DNA of 64,000 bases from Octopus sinensis (Eukaryota): NCBI RefSeq assembly GCF_006345805.1, contig NC_043003.1:74586001-74650000 (forward strand), read 5' to 3'. Positions 14,905-28,825 of the stretch are shown one piece after another; within the stretch, counting starts at the first letter, position 1, and each line of letters begins with the position of its first letter. A program made the translations under genes and the position numbers. Below the pieces are notes generated by a model. It was not told the DNA's origin. It did no database searches and saw nothing but the letters and a program-made list of their open reading frames with translations.

Positions 14905-15100
14905 GTTTGTCCGCTCACCATCGCTTGACAACCGATGTTTGTGTGTTTAAGTTCTCGTAACTTAGCAATCCGGCAAAAAAAAAATGACCAACAGTGTAAA
15001 TAATAGAAATACTTAATGGCGTCGATTTCTTTGACCAAAACCATTTAAGACGGTGCTCTAGAATGGCCGCAGTGAAATGACTGGAACATGTAAAAGAGTT
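14905..15100 (+). mobile_element. SINE family A, 3' half
   Basis: catcgcttgacaaccgatg...cgtaacttagcaatccggcaaaa...ggtgctctagaatggccgcagtgaaatgactggaacatgtaaaagag. Confidence 0.88.
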
Positions 15101-15427
15101 ATAATGGATTAACAAAACTCAAATGACTTCACAACCTGAATCACAGAATTTCATGTACACGATTAGTAGAGCGGAGTAAGATATTACCATTTATAAATAC
15201 TTATAAACAGCGTAATATCTATTATTTAGTAACTCATAAAATAAAACATTTAAAGCTGTTAGGACTGTGAATTATTAGTGTAAAAAATAACAGCTATGTA
15301 TCGCATGAAGTAGAAGCGATTGCCGGAAACAGAAATAAACAGCAAGAAGTAAATGATTTAAAAAGAAAAAAAATTAATAATAATATTTATAATAATTATT
15401 TATTTTCTTCCTCGCCAGGGCGAAGTA

Positions 15428-15602
<175 letters not shown>

Positions 15603-15684
15603 CAATATATGGGGGTATGTGTGTGTGGGTGGGTGTTGTGTGTACATACACACACACACTATACATATGTATATGTACATATAC

Positions 15685-15742
<58 letters not shown>

Positions 15743-15940
15743 ATATATATATATATAGGGGGAAAATATGAAAAATCAACGAAAATGCACATTGTAAATA
15801 AAAAAAGAAAAGGCTTTTTATGATGGGTAGCGACAGATATATACATTTAGATGTACTGAGGTATTATGAGATGATTTGAAAGTCAGAAAACAAAGCATAC
15901 CATGGTTTCCGCAAACTATTCATTGCTTTAAATAAACACA

Positions 15941-15979
<39 letters not shown>

Positions 15980-17363
15980 GTATATATGCTTATGTTTATT
16001 AGCATATATATATATACATATATATGTGTATTCATGTGTGTGTATTTGTATATTTGTTTGTCCCAACAACGACAATTCAAGCATTGAGTACATATTAAAT
16101 TTTATTAAACGTGACCAATATTTTTCAGGCAATGGACAATTTTAATCAAAGCAATGATATGATCTGTCAACTTGGAACTTATTGCAAATCTGCATGAGAA
16201 ACAGCATTTTTTGTCTTTCCATTCAGGGGCCAGTACAATTTTTTTGTCTAACATTAGTCTATCTCTCTCTTTCTGTTGATTGTTTCCAACCATCACCATC
16301 AACAGTAACCCCATCATTGCCACTACAACTGCCATACACACACCATTCGGACTTCTTACGACACCACCATCAATACTTTACCGCTTTCCCCTCCACTACC
16401 ATCACCACTGTCTTTCACATCGTTTACTATCACCATTGTCCATGACTCCTTCAGCTAGCACTACTACTACCATTATCACCATCGCCTCCGCCACTATCAC
16501 AATTACTGTTTATACAATTTCTATCACCCCTTTACCATCTCAACCACCAATCTACTATCGTCTACGCCTACTATTACTCTCACCCCAACATGAGTAATTG
16601 TAGGAGTGTCGATGAATAGTGAGACAGGTGGTGGAAGCGTGATACACCGACACACAGAAACTGGTTTCCGCATTTAGTATATATATATATATATATTCAC
16701 GCATGCACAAACGCGCACGTACGCACGCACAAACACATAATGCTTGCGAATAGAGACATGGTACGTAAACTATTTTGTTCACAAACGGCTGATATTTGAG
16801 CGTGTAACTTATTGTAAGTCTAACGTGTACATAAAGATGAATCCTGTAATGTGCATATGTTGAGGGAAATATTTTGTGTATGAAGAGAGAGCTAGAAATA
16901 TATATGAATAAATATATAAATATTATCGTGTAGTTAGCACGAATAAATGCAACATGATTTTACTCTCGTGGGGATAGGGGATGGGGTGATCCAACATATT
17001 TATTTTAGTGTTGCCCAAAAGTTTCGAAAAATCTATTCTAATAAGAGTTAACTCCTTTTTCCTTGACTGGTGCCCAAAATCCTTGGTCACGTTATGTTTG
17101 GTTTCGACTCGGTTAGAAATGTTGTTGATCGGATAACTTGTGCAACACCCCTGCATCCGCCACTGGGATGTGTATTCTTTTAATTGTTTCATCCTTTGGA
17201 TGAAAATGGCCAAACTGGGTCTCCGCCATCAAATCTTTAGTCAAACAACACATCCACCATAGTACTTACTTTTTCAAGCCAGGTAATTATTCTGTCGACT
17301 GCTTTTGGTTAACCACTACGTTACGGGGTCGTAAGCAATCCAATAGCGGATATCAAGCGCTGG

Positions 17364-17431
<68 letters not shown>

Positions 17432-18345
17432 ACACGCACACACACACACATACACACATACACACATATCAGAAATAACTATTTCTTTCTGTTTCCATCA
17501 GCCAAATCCCCTCTCAATGCTTTACTTACCCAGGGGCTGTAGGGCAATTCTAGGCCTTTGGTGTAATCAGTAGCAGATTCGACAACAGACCATTTAATGT
17601 TTAACTAAAAATGTATTTCGAAAGTATCATTGCTGTACTTTTACTATACGCCTAAGCTTTTGACATCTCAGGTTATTGAGATTGATCGGCGGTGAATTCT
17701 ATATAACATTTAATTTCATTGTTGTGCTAAATAACACTTTTTTCTGAAGGCAATTTGCCGTACCGAGCATGTACTTCTGTTAAGATAGCTGTATGTTCAA
17801 GAATCATTGCAGGTGGGGCTCATTTCTCCCTGTGTATTCAAGAAAGAGTGAAGTTATGTATACTTTGATTTCGTATCTGTTAAGGAGTTTCTAAGAAATT
17901 ATTGCAAAGTATGTGTTTAATGACGAAATTTAGATCTGACATATAAATTGGAAGTGTTCGTGGCGGGAGGGGGGTTATTTATGATATATAAACTATCTTT
18001 CCTCTTATTTCTCGCATTAGGGGATCTTTCAGGAGCATTACAGTGTAATCTCACTTTGAAGCCGCTTCTCATTCTAAAATGTAGCATTGCAGTTTGAAGT
18101 ATGTTCATTAGAAGACGTTTAAGAAAAACCTTTTACTGATATATTAGCTTAAGTTGTTCGGAATATTAGGCATATCGTTAACCTCATTGTGAATGTAACA
18201 TATGACTTCATTAGGTTTTCCATAAAGGCTGTATGTGCACAAAGTAAGATTCAGGTAATACCCAAACTGTTGACTTCTGTAGAATGTAAACACACACACA
18301 CATACACACTCACATTAGCCCTTGAAATACTCTGTTGCTTCTGCT

Positions 18346-18386
<41 letters not shown>

Positions 18387-18430
18387 CTTTCTCTCTCTCT
18401 CTCTATATATATATATATTATATATATATC

Positions 18431-18462
<32 letters not shown>

Positions 18463-20108
18463 CATATAGATATTATGAGCAATAGCGATAGAAGCCATTA
18501 GCATTTAATTGCGTATTTAATTATCTATATGTTCGCATGTCTGTAGTTGCCCATAGGAAATTATGTATATATATTTTATTTCTATTCGCAAAATACTCAT
18601 GTGTATACATTTGTCACAAATTGAATATGTTATTACGCAAAAATTGACGCTTATATGAAGTTGACTGGTTTGCTTTATATAAGCGTGTACATGTATGTAT
18701 GTATGTGCTTATGTATTTATGTATATATATATGTGTGTATGTGTGTACGTGTGCGCATATGTGTATGTGTGCGTGTTTGTGGAAAAATTAGACGTGATTA
18801 TATTTTAGGTAACGTATGAAAGTTTGAGATTGCGAAGTCCGATACATATATTTATTTAAATATTTCTACATATAAATTATATTTACATATGTAATTGCTC
18901 ACGTATACTACGCAACGCACACTCACACTCAAACACACAATATCTCAATGTAAGGTAGAGATGAAAATAATATTTGAATATGTTTACATGTATTTATCGT
19001 ATATGTATAATAATCAAATATACGAATATATATATATATGTTAATATATGTTTCCTTATGTGCATATGTCCGATCTGTTTTAGATATTCTGTCGTTATTA
19101 GATGTAATTCGATTGTGATAAGAAACTAACTCAGTGTTGTTGTAGATACGTTCTCCATCTAACAGCTGTAAAAAGTTATGCCTCGGTTCTACTGCAACAA
19201 ACTTAATAGAAGATTCATAATTGTTACATAACTTAACAAATGATAATGCCTTGGGGAACCAACACGACGTCATAGTGTTTGCAATAAATAGCAAATAAAC
19301 TCATTCTAGACAAAACTCAACCATTGAAATAATAGGCGACTTTTAGATAATAGAGTGATAAGCGTAGTTAAAAATGAAGTAATCTGCTGGCTTTGCTTAT
19401 TATGATTTTAATCATAGATCTGATCGTTGTAGAATGACCTAAACAACAACCAGAAGAACAACAAATATGGTCCCTATAAATGGCGAGCATTGTTACTATA
19501 CATGTATCGTTAAAATGATACATGTATAAAATCCTGTTGGACACACATTTCTCAATAGAAGATAAATTTTCACGAAGATGTAATTTCTAAAACATATCCA
19601 AGAGTCTCATGCACAAAATGCATTTTTTGTTCGTTGCTTAGAACATGTCAGCTTTCATTGAGGGCACTTAGAGGATAACATGCTCTAATGCTTTATGGTT
19701 TGTCCATTTTTTAATCTATAATAAAACTAGGAGATTACTATAGAATGTGATACTTTTAAGGTTGAATAGTAGATTTGGTTGCTAAACGTATATCAAATGA
19801 TTACATACATGTTTTTAACTATTATGAAAGCAGACGTGAAAGAATTTTCACACACTCACACAACCCCCCCCCCACGCACATAATTATATACGTATATGAA
19901 TCTGTGTATTTGATTTTGCGTGTTAGTCTGTTACATATATACATACATGGATACAGCCAAACACACACACACATACACATGTACAAGCGCACACACTCAC
20001 ATGTGTAATCGAAATAGAGGTTCAATTTGAAATTCATCATATATGCCATATCAATTTAAGGCAATATGCCATCAGAATAACACTGATGAGAAATGCATTG
20101 AACGAATA

Positions 20109-21122
20109 TATTTGAAATGATCAAATAGTCCATTCGGAATTTTAAACGAAGACACGTTTTAAAGGTAAAATCATTTCAGAATTTGTACCATCGTATGAGC
20201 AGATGCATTATACCCTAGTCAAAGAATTTCTTGTCTTTACTGACGGAAAACCTCCAAATGAAACTTTAAATCCTAGTTAGTGTATACTACATTAATAAAT
20301 TCTGAAGAGACTGAAACAAAGATGCAAGAATGGAAAATATGAAGTTTGCAGCAAAGCTTTCCCGTTAATTATCAGTATCTTCTGCTGTGTCTCCAAAGAA
20401 ATGTGTGCTCAGGCAGTTACTTAAGTCATTAAGATCAGAAAGTGCTGGATGATTCTGGGTTACTGCTTATGAAAAACAACACAATTCCAAGCCTTACAAA
20501 TTAAAAGCCTAATCTTCGTATGATATTTGTGGTGGTTCGTGGGAATTTTTCCATGATCGTTTGCGCTTCATATTATTACATACGATCAATTTTACGTTTC
20601 CTTTCAACATTTTCTTCCAAAAAAGATCCTTTTCGTCGTGTCTCTGGAAAGAATCGCAGTGGTTAGCCCTATTCAACTGATGTGGAACTCACTGATCAAA
20701 ACCAAGTTAATGCAGATGGCTTCAACAAACGATTTGGATATTTGGGGATGACCTGCAATCATTCTGATCATGTAACGGTAGTTGGCGTCACTGTTAATCC
20801 TGTTTGGCCGGCCAGAATGAGGTGCGTCTCAAACAGAAAATTTTCCGCACCGAAATCTTGAAAACCACTTCTGGCACACGGTTTCTATAACAGCATCTTG
20901 TTCGTATACAACGCATGGATTCCAGCAGGTTTCCGCTGTTTTCTTCAAATAGTGTTCGTTTTCTTTCGCAATTTTCACAGTGATACCAAGTACGCAAATT
21001 AAACATGTCTCCTCGCAACTATCTAACGGCAGTGTATGCGCGAGGAACAGACTGAATTTAGGCAACTAGTGCGTGAAGTTTAGTTTCAAGAAAAACCGAA
21101 CGGACTATTTATGCTGCATTAA
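20109..21122 (-). mobile_element. Mariner (Mos1-type DD34D) element with both TIRs, internally deleted and degenerate
   Basis: Ends TA-TTTGAAATGATCAAATAGTCCATTCGGAATTTT (20109) and AAAAACCGAACGGACTATTTATGC (21091) are inverted copies. Minus-strand motifs in order: KTAETCWNPCVVY.QDAVIETVCQKWFSRFRCG.FS (HTH), GNVKLIVCNNMKRKRSW, EPP, VVFH, HISLETQQKIL, LFR, KDKKFFD*GIMHLLIRW. Confidence 0.9.
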
Positions 21123-24041
21123 TCCTGTAACCAAAGGACTCTAGCGTCCACCGATTGAAATATAAGCATCAAGATCGAAAATATCAACAACAACTCTTTG
21201 CAATCAGACACCCCGTCAAAGCTTTACAGGCGAGTAAACATTTAAGTAATGATGAAATGAGATCATAGAATTACATAGTTACACTGAAAATTAGAAGACT
21301 GTATCACCTTGACGGCAAACCACTTATCTATTGTCTATCCTATTTTCTGTCCACTCTAAGGAGATGTGTAAATAATATCTTCTAGGATACTACATTAAAC
21401 CTCCATAGGTAGACAGCAGGATTGAGAAATTTACAAATTATTGACCAGTAAATTTACAGAGGGATGCATCAAGATTGCTTATCAGCTTCCCATAGTTTAA
21501 AGTAAAGCGCCCCCATATATATATATATATATATATAATATATATATATATATATACATACATGCATACACACATACGTATGTATGTGTGTGTTTATTTA
21601 TGTGTTTATTTATAAATACATTATTTATGCATATACATACATATACGCATACAAATTATATAAGGTTATATAGAGCAGATTATTAAAGTTCATAGATGTC
21701 TATACCTTCTCTAGTCATTTGCAGACACCATTTGTACTATGTGAGATAATTGTTGCATATTTAGCAACACTTACATTGAGGTATATATGTATATATGTAT
21801 GCATGCACGTATTTATGTATATGTGTATGTATACACGCACACATATACAAACGTATGATACTGATCCATTCGTGACCGAGAAAAAAAAACATTACTGGCC
21901 ATTGCCAATTCAAAATGCCAGCATCAATACCCATGTATTAGCTTATTGCGTGATCCTTCCGTTTCATCGTGTTCACTGCTGCGGATTCCACGCTCGTTCC
22001 GGGGCCTTCCTATTCGACCACGAATTGGATAGTAACCTCACCAAGGGTTGCACAACCTAAATTTGATCTCCAATATGAATTGCACTGTGCTTCAGGAAAG
22101 TCTTCACTCCGCTGAGATGATCCAGAGACAAACCAGTGTAAGATATTCTGTGCCAATATGTGTCGCAGACTCAGGAATATAGGAATGCAAGCAAATTATT
22201 CCCAAAATGTTCAATGTCTTTCCCTGCATATTTCGTACATAAAATATGTACCCGTTGAAGATTTGGGTCGATATAATCGATTCAACCACTTCCCTGAATA
22301 TCACATATATATTGAAACCAATATATATATATATATATACATGTTTCCTGGAATGATGTGTATACTGCATCCGTTGATGCTTTAAGTAAAGTTACTGAAG
22401 TGAAAGAATATGTCTACCAGAACTCCAAAGTTACTAAAATCGGGTCATTCCTACGTAACCTACCGCCGTTTTAGTACCAACATTTCGTGTACAAGACAGA
22501 ACTCTTCGATTTATTCACAACCTGGAAATTATAAGTAACAATGTTATGAGTAAAACATAAATTGCACACCAACCTAGACACTGGCGAGTTCTAGGTAATA
22601 TGAAGGAATAGACACTGGTTACGATGACTTGGTGTGTCGTATTGTATTATTCAGAAAGCACTTTGTGACCACTAAAGGATAAACTAGTACACTTTTCGAA
22701 CGCTCAGCAGTGAAACTAAAATCTGGAGAGTAGACGAAAGACAACTGAGTACATTTCCTGATAGTTCAGTAGCTTTGTGTAACACAACTGCAGCTGAAAT
22801 AATTTCGTTACTAGTTTACATGACGGTCATATAAAACGAACACACAAAGCGGAATACACAACCCACATTTAATACAACTTGTTTCCTAGTATGCACAATA
22901 ACATACAGTCGTGTCTGCACATACTTCATGCAGATAAATATGCAGAAATAGTCACCAACTAAATGCAATCAATTGCCAAAGTAACAAATACAATCATTAC
23001 ATGGGAACAGTTATCTCTAAGCATGCATTTGCATATGTACTCACACTAACTTCTTTATATAATCCTAATCCCTGCAAAAACTTTAGAGATCGGCTTTTTT
23101 TCCTTCTGAACATTTTAACAAAATACATCGTATATATATACCTTAATATCAAATATGTATATAAGATCATATACAGTATACAGTCGCATATATATACTGG
23201 TATAAAAACATACGCACATACATATATACAAAATACGTACAGAATTTCATATGTAAATACACTTCAACACACTCACATTCATAGATAATTAACAATGTCT
23301 GTCCACATAAATAAATGCACTTTAGGAGGCTTACATACACTTTCAGAAACACACACACACACACTCGCAACATATACATAAACACATTCAGGCACACACA
23401 TACACACACATATACGCACACAGCCGCACACACACACACACACACCACACACACATGTATGTACAGAGATCGACATAGACATAGAAATCAACTTTAATAT
23501 ACCAAGAAATTTATCACTGACAACGTCAAAAGTTTTAATAACAACTATTTATCAAAAACACTTCTCAAACAGCGTCCTAGTGATCTATCTTCATTGTCGT
23601 GTTTTCGTGTTTATGTTTTATCATAGTGTGTAAGTGAATATATGGGTGAATGTTTCCATGTGATTGTATGTCTTCCTGTGTGTCTGAATGTGCTTTTGAC
23701 TGTGTGAATGTGTTTATATGCGAGTGTGAGTCTGTGTATGAACGTATGCGTTTTGTGTGAAAGACTGCTGTATATTGATTTTCTCATTTGTTTTTAATAC
23801 TGTTTTGGCACAGCGTTTCTTTCGGAAGGGGATAATATATTCGAATGATTGATCGAAGAGATGGATATATTATACAAGACTGGTGGACTTATGCTTCAAG
23901 TTCAAATTCTGCCAACATCGCCATTGTCCTTTAAATAAACTGAAGCTTTGTTTGGTTCGAGTTTTTCATGACATCAAAGCTTCCCAACCACGATTTGGTC
24001 GATTTTGCTGTGTTATAACAATTATATCTTACAGTGCATGA

Positions 24042-25080
24042 TCAATTGTTATATTTGCCATAATACAGTAGAACGCGATTGAAAGCTGAATTGGTTACTA
24101 TTTCTAGCAACACTACTTGACATAGGTTTTCTTCTTTTCTTTGTTCATCAGTCGATTGTCTCTTCGATTTCTCTATCGGCAATTCGTTCACATATAGAAT
24201 ATATATCTTGACCAAGCATAATATATTTTTACAATGTAAAGCAGATACAAATCGTTTTGAACACCGATTTCTATGCGGTAGTGACAAAACATCTGCGTGT
24301 ATTTCATTGAAGATTTTTCGACTGATAATAAACTTGCGTGTAACTTCTTTGAGTTGTTTGTGATGATTAGGTACAATTAGGTACTGATTTCATTCCTAAA
24401 TCAGTAGGAACAGATTTATCAAATAACATACACAGCACAATCATTTCAGTGCCACTGTACTTAATATTGTTTTTCAAAACCGGTTTAATTAACCAAAATT
24501 ACACCACTGTGAGGACATAATTTCATTTCTTTAATGCTTCATTCAGGTCGGAAAAAGCTGGGAGCGAGAACTCAGAAATCTAAACTTCAACTGCTGTATG
24601 CAATGTTGAAGAAGTGTATATTTTTGAGAGTGCCGTGACGATCTCAGATATTTTTACGCTGTATTAGTAGATCTACCGAACACAATTGAATTTAATAAAT
24701 CATTGTTGTGAACAATAATCAGTCACTATACAATTTGGTCTGCTAACCGAATCTTTCCATCTATATAAGTAAGAGATATGTTCTTTATCCAATTGACTTT
24801 GTATTCCAAGAGATAAGAGGAAATCAACTACGACAAATCCTCGTCGTCGATAATTATGTTGAACGTGAAAAAAACCAAGGCTACCGTCGGTCACCCTATA
24901 ACCAAACGGATAAGGGGTTCAACACCACACCAAAGCACCCTTCAAACACCGGCTAACTAGCGACCTCTTAAAAATTGCTATAAAAGCATTTTTAAACCAG
25001 TCTTCTTTGACTTGTACAATAAACACGTGCGATGTTGAAGATTGGGTTCGTCATCGTTGGAATAGCTTTCATCGGACATC
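24042..25080 (-). mobile_element. Probable Mutator-like (MULE) DDE transposase remnant
   Basis: Minus frames give VTDGS.., GFVVVDFLLS, HISYLYRWK...PNCIVTDYCS..LLNSI and, downstream, FNEIHADVL....R..KRFVSALH. These resemble invertebrate MULE motifs PVA.ML.., I..FL..W...P..IVTD.S.AL.NA and FN.IK..VL...R...FV..H. Pattern recognition only. Confidence 0.42.
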
Positions 25081-25277
25081 AGCTAAATAAGTGTAGGACT
25101 GTTGTTCAACAACTACAATTGACACATGTTATAATAGAGGGATTTTCTTTAATATCGAGTTCCAAACAAAGAAGGAACCCTGTATGTATATACTGGAGCT
25201 GATGAAAGTGACAGCGAAATATTCCTCAAATCAAAATATATATCGCATCACGTTATGCCTTTCGGGTCTGTTTTCAG

Positions 25278-25305
25278 TGCGAGTTTGACATGGCTTGTTT
25301 AGAAG
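25278..25305 (+). CDS. Candidate 28-nt exon (unassigned)
   Basis: ctttcgggtctgttttcag|TGCGAGTTTGACATGGCTTGTTTAGAAG|gtgagt; only one open frame (CEFDMACLE, phase 0 to 1). Confidence 0.3.
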
Positions 25306-25553
25306 GTGAGTGGATAATACAAAGGTAATGTTAAGGTGAAATGTAGAGACATCTGCACAAGCATGAGTTGTTCGATTTCACACTAAGGAAATGATTAATG
25401 CCCCGTAGAAAAGGAGAGGAGGAAAACAACGGAACCTGGTATAATGAGGAATTGATGTCATATGGTAAAGGAAGTTACTTGTCAACATTCTTGATGAAAG
25501 TGCGATCTGATAGAAAAATACGGATTCAACAGATAAGAGAGACAAAGAAAGAG

Positions 25554-25592
<39 letters not shown>

Positions 25593-26119
25593 ATAGAGAT
25601 GGAGGGAGAGAGAGAGGAAGTTGGAGTCCATTGTCTGGTAGATTGATAGGAGAAATCTACCGTCACATTTGTGAAAAAATAAGTATCGAAATTTATCTTA
25701 GGCACCTGGGTATATATAGATGCATTTCTTTTTAAGTTCAAAGAGATTGAAAGAGCTAACATTCCCGAGCTAAAATTGTATTTCGTGAATCCCTATGATT
25801 CAGAACATACTCTATCGACTTCATACACATGAAACTAACGACATATTTTTTTTTCGATTATTTTCATCCATGTTTGTAACTCATGGCTTCTGTTCCTATT
25901 AATATACTCATTTCGTGAGAATAATTTGACTTTAAACTTTTTGCTTTTACACTTCTGCTCGTATTCTTTTTCGCCTCACGCATCAAAGTATGATTGTTAA
26001 GCAGGAAGCTTCGACCAAGTTTAGATATTTGCTGTCGTCACCTAATATAGGCTTAGAATCTATTCTTAAATTGATATAATGTTTTAGTAATACCAAAATT
26101 ATTGTTTTAGTGTAAATAC

Positions 26120-26268
26120 TTTCAGTGACTGGGTATCTGGTCGGCATTATAACCGATCTGGCTATTCTCTTCCCGAGTAGTTCTGGATGCGGAGCTCCTA
26201 TGGACAATTTCCGGATATAGTTGGCCAACGAGGGAGAACTGCCGGTTCGAGATAGAGACACGGGAACG
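26120..26268 (-). CDS. Candidate 149-nt coding exon (unassigned)
   Basis: GC-rich island. Minus strand tcattcttacag|CGTTCC...CACTGAAA|gtattt; single open frame VPVSLSRTGSSPSLANYIRKLSIGAPHPELLGKRIARSVIMPTRYPVTE (phase 2 to 1). Confidence 0.4.
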
Positions 26269-26819
26269 CTGTAAGAATGACTTGCTCCAAATATGTTCCG
26301 AACAACGGAACCTTCTTACACGAATTCATTCAGTATCAGTATATAGCATCATCAACATCATCATCATTATCATCACCAACACTACCGTCACTTTCACCAC
26401 CACCACCAACAACAACAACATCACTAGCACCAACAGAACCAGTTCAGTTACTGGTGTTATTGATGCTACTGTTGGTGATACTGCTTTACAACAACAACAA
26501 CAACTACTACTACTACTACAAATACATTTCTTAATGTATATCTTTTAAGCTAATAAAATTATAATAAAATTACGAGCCTTCTATATTACATCGCTAATAT
26601 TTTACTATTTTACCTCCTCTAAAGGAGGTCGAAGCCTTGACCAAACTATTTTTTCTTAGTTACACATTCATTTAAATTCTTCTTTTTACTGGTGCTGTTT
26701 ATCTTCTTTTCTTCTCTTCTTCTTCTTCTTCTTCTTCTTCTTCTTCTTCTTCTTCGTTTCATTTTTCGTATGTACATAACACACACGTACACATTTATAT
26801 GCATTTTTATATACAAATG

Positions 26820-26907
<88 letters not shown>

Positions 26908-26939
26908 CATATATACATATATATACCTGTGTTTGTGCG

Positions 26940-26978
<39 letters not shown>

Positions 26979-27546
26979 TATATGTGTGTATGTATATATA
27001 TTGATTTATGATGTGTGAATTTATACACTTAAACACATTAAGCGTGCGCATATATATATTTACACGTATACAGAATATTGACATATATGCTTTTCAATCG
27101 TTTAAAAAGAATTTTCCCTTTACCCTGACATTATAGGTTAGGCATCAACATATCACCATACATATATATATATATACACATACATTCATTTATTCAACAT
27201 CGAACTATTCATCAGCAAGATAAGCGAGCTACACAGCTAGGCAGGCTTCCAAGATTGATAACCAACCAACCTATCAGACAGCAGGGCTACATTGCACCCA
27301 AACAGCTAGTTATCTCTCATGTATTGCCAGAGTAAACGGCTAATATGATCGAGTGAAAGAGTTGTGCTATCATACGTCGCTAGGTGTAACTTAAACCAAA
27401 TTAGCTGACATCCAACAAGAAAACCAATGTGCTTATCCGTTACAGCAGAGTCAACAGGTGAGATCATTGCACGGTTATACAGTGTTTACACACACACATA
27501 CACACACACACTCACATATATGTACAAATACATGCAAACTCACACT

Positions 27547-27594
<48 letters not shown>

Positions 27595-27649
27595 TTTTAT
27601 TTTGTTCACTTAAAATAAAAAAAATAAAAATTTACATTCATCAGATGAT

Positions 27650-27780
27650 TTACTCGATTTTTTAGTTGAGTTCAAATTCATTATTTTTATACAAGAATGT
27701 TGTCGACAATGACTTCGATGTTTCAGGCAACTCAGCCAATGTCGTTTTCGGTGGCCGAACACCTATCACAGGAAACAGTT
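27650..27780 (-). mobile_element. Mariner 3'-end fragment
   Basis: Minus strand ttgcctgaaacatcgaagtcattgtcgacaac resembles LPERW.VIVDN. It is followed by taaaaataatgaatttgaactcaactaaaaaatcg, typical of a mariner 3' UTR/TIR start. Confidence 0.4.
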
Positions 27781-28365
27781 TTGAATTTCTCTGAATGTTT
27801 TTCGGGATCCATGAAATTATTTTGCTATACACCGTAAGAGTATGTAAAGCTAAGTTTAAACGTGTAATGTGTTTACACAGAACGAATGGCCCTTAAGTAC
27901 CAGATGTAGCTTCAAAGCTATTCGTTTCTCGGATTCAAATGTTCGAGGCTCCATCCCATTCACACTAAATAAACCATCCATCTCTTATTAGCTCTATCTC
28001 ACTTGCTTCTGTACCAGTGAAATTTACGCCGAAATCACACCCCATATTATGCGTTTTCATTTCGTTACTCAACGCACGGCTGTCTTTCAAATCCGTGCTA
28101 TCAATCAGACCGCTTCAATCCCCGTAATCAATCCACGCTTAAATCACCTTTAAAATCCAAAAGACACCTTAATTGTCATGTTTGGAATGGTCTTGATCAA
28201 AGGTTTGTTCAATCAGGCCTGATATCACATTTAAACAAACACTACTTCATATTTAGAAAGGTATCATTATATCATTATTCTCTGTCTACGAAATATGCAT
28301 TTCATTCTATACAATATTCTCAAAAGTAAGAACAGATTCCGTTAATCACGCTGGCTTCAAATTAT

Positions 28366-28560
28366 GGCACAAGGCCAGCAATGTGAGAGAAGGGAGTAAG
28401 CCGATAACAACGGCTCTAGTACTCAAAGATTACTTATCGTCACCGAAAGGATGAAAGATAAAGTCGACCTCTGCGGAATTTGAACTCACAACGTAAGGGT
28501 GAACGTATGTCATTAAGCATTTTACCCAGCATTCTAACGACTCTGACAGCTCGCAGCCCT
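28366..28560 (-). mobile_element. tRNA-derived SINE, family B
   Basis: ggcacaaggccagcaat...ccgaaaggatgaaagataaagtcgacctctgcggaatttgaactc...ctaacgactctgacagctcgc; homologous to 39805-39996. Confidence 0.88.
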
Positions 28561-28689
28561 ATATTGTAGCACGCACTAGTATAGATAACTGTAGGTAGAC
28601 AGCAATTTGTAAGTCCTCTTCCAAATCCAACATTGTCTCTATCCGATATGAACTCTATGATCCTCTACAGGCATACAAAAAACAGGTTT

Positions 28690-28825
28690 AGCGGTTCATC
28701 AAAAGAAACTGACAAAATACATTTAAGAAAGTAAGTAGATACTGGGGTCGATTCGTTCGACTAAAATTCTTTAAGGTCGTACTCCAGGTAGACTGCAGTC
28801 TAATTACTGAAACAATTAAAAGCAG
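28690..28825 (+). mobile_element. SINE family A, 3' fragment
   Basis: ctggggtcgattcgttcgactaaaattctttaaggtcgtactccagg..gactgcagtctaattactgaaacaa. Confidence 0.75.
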
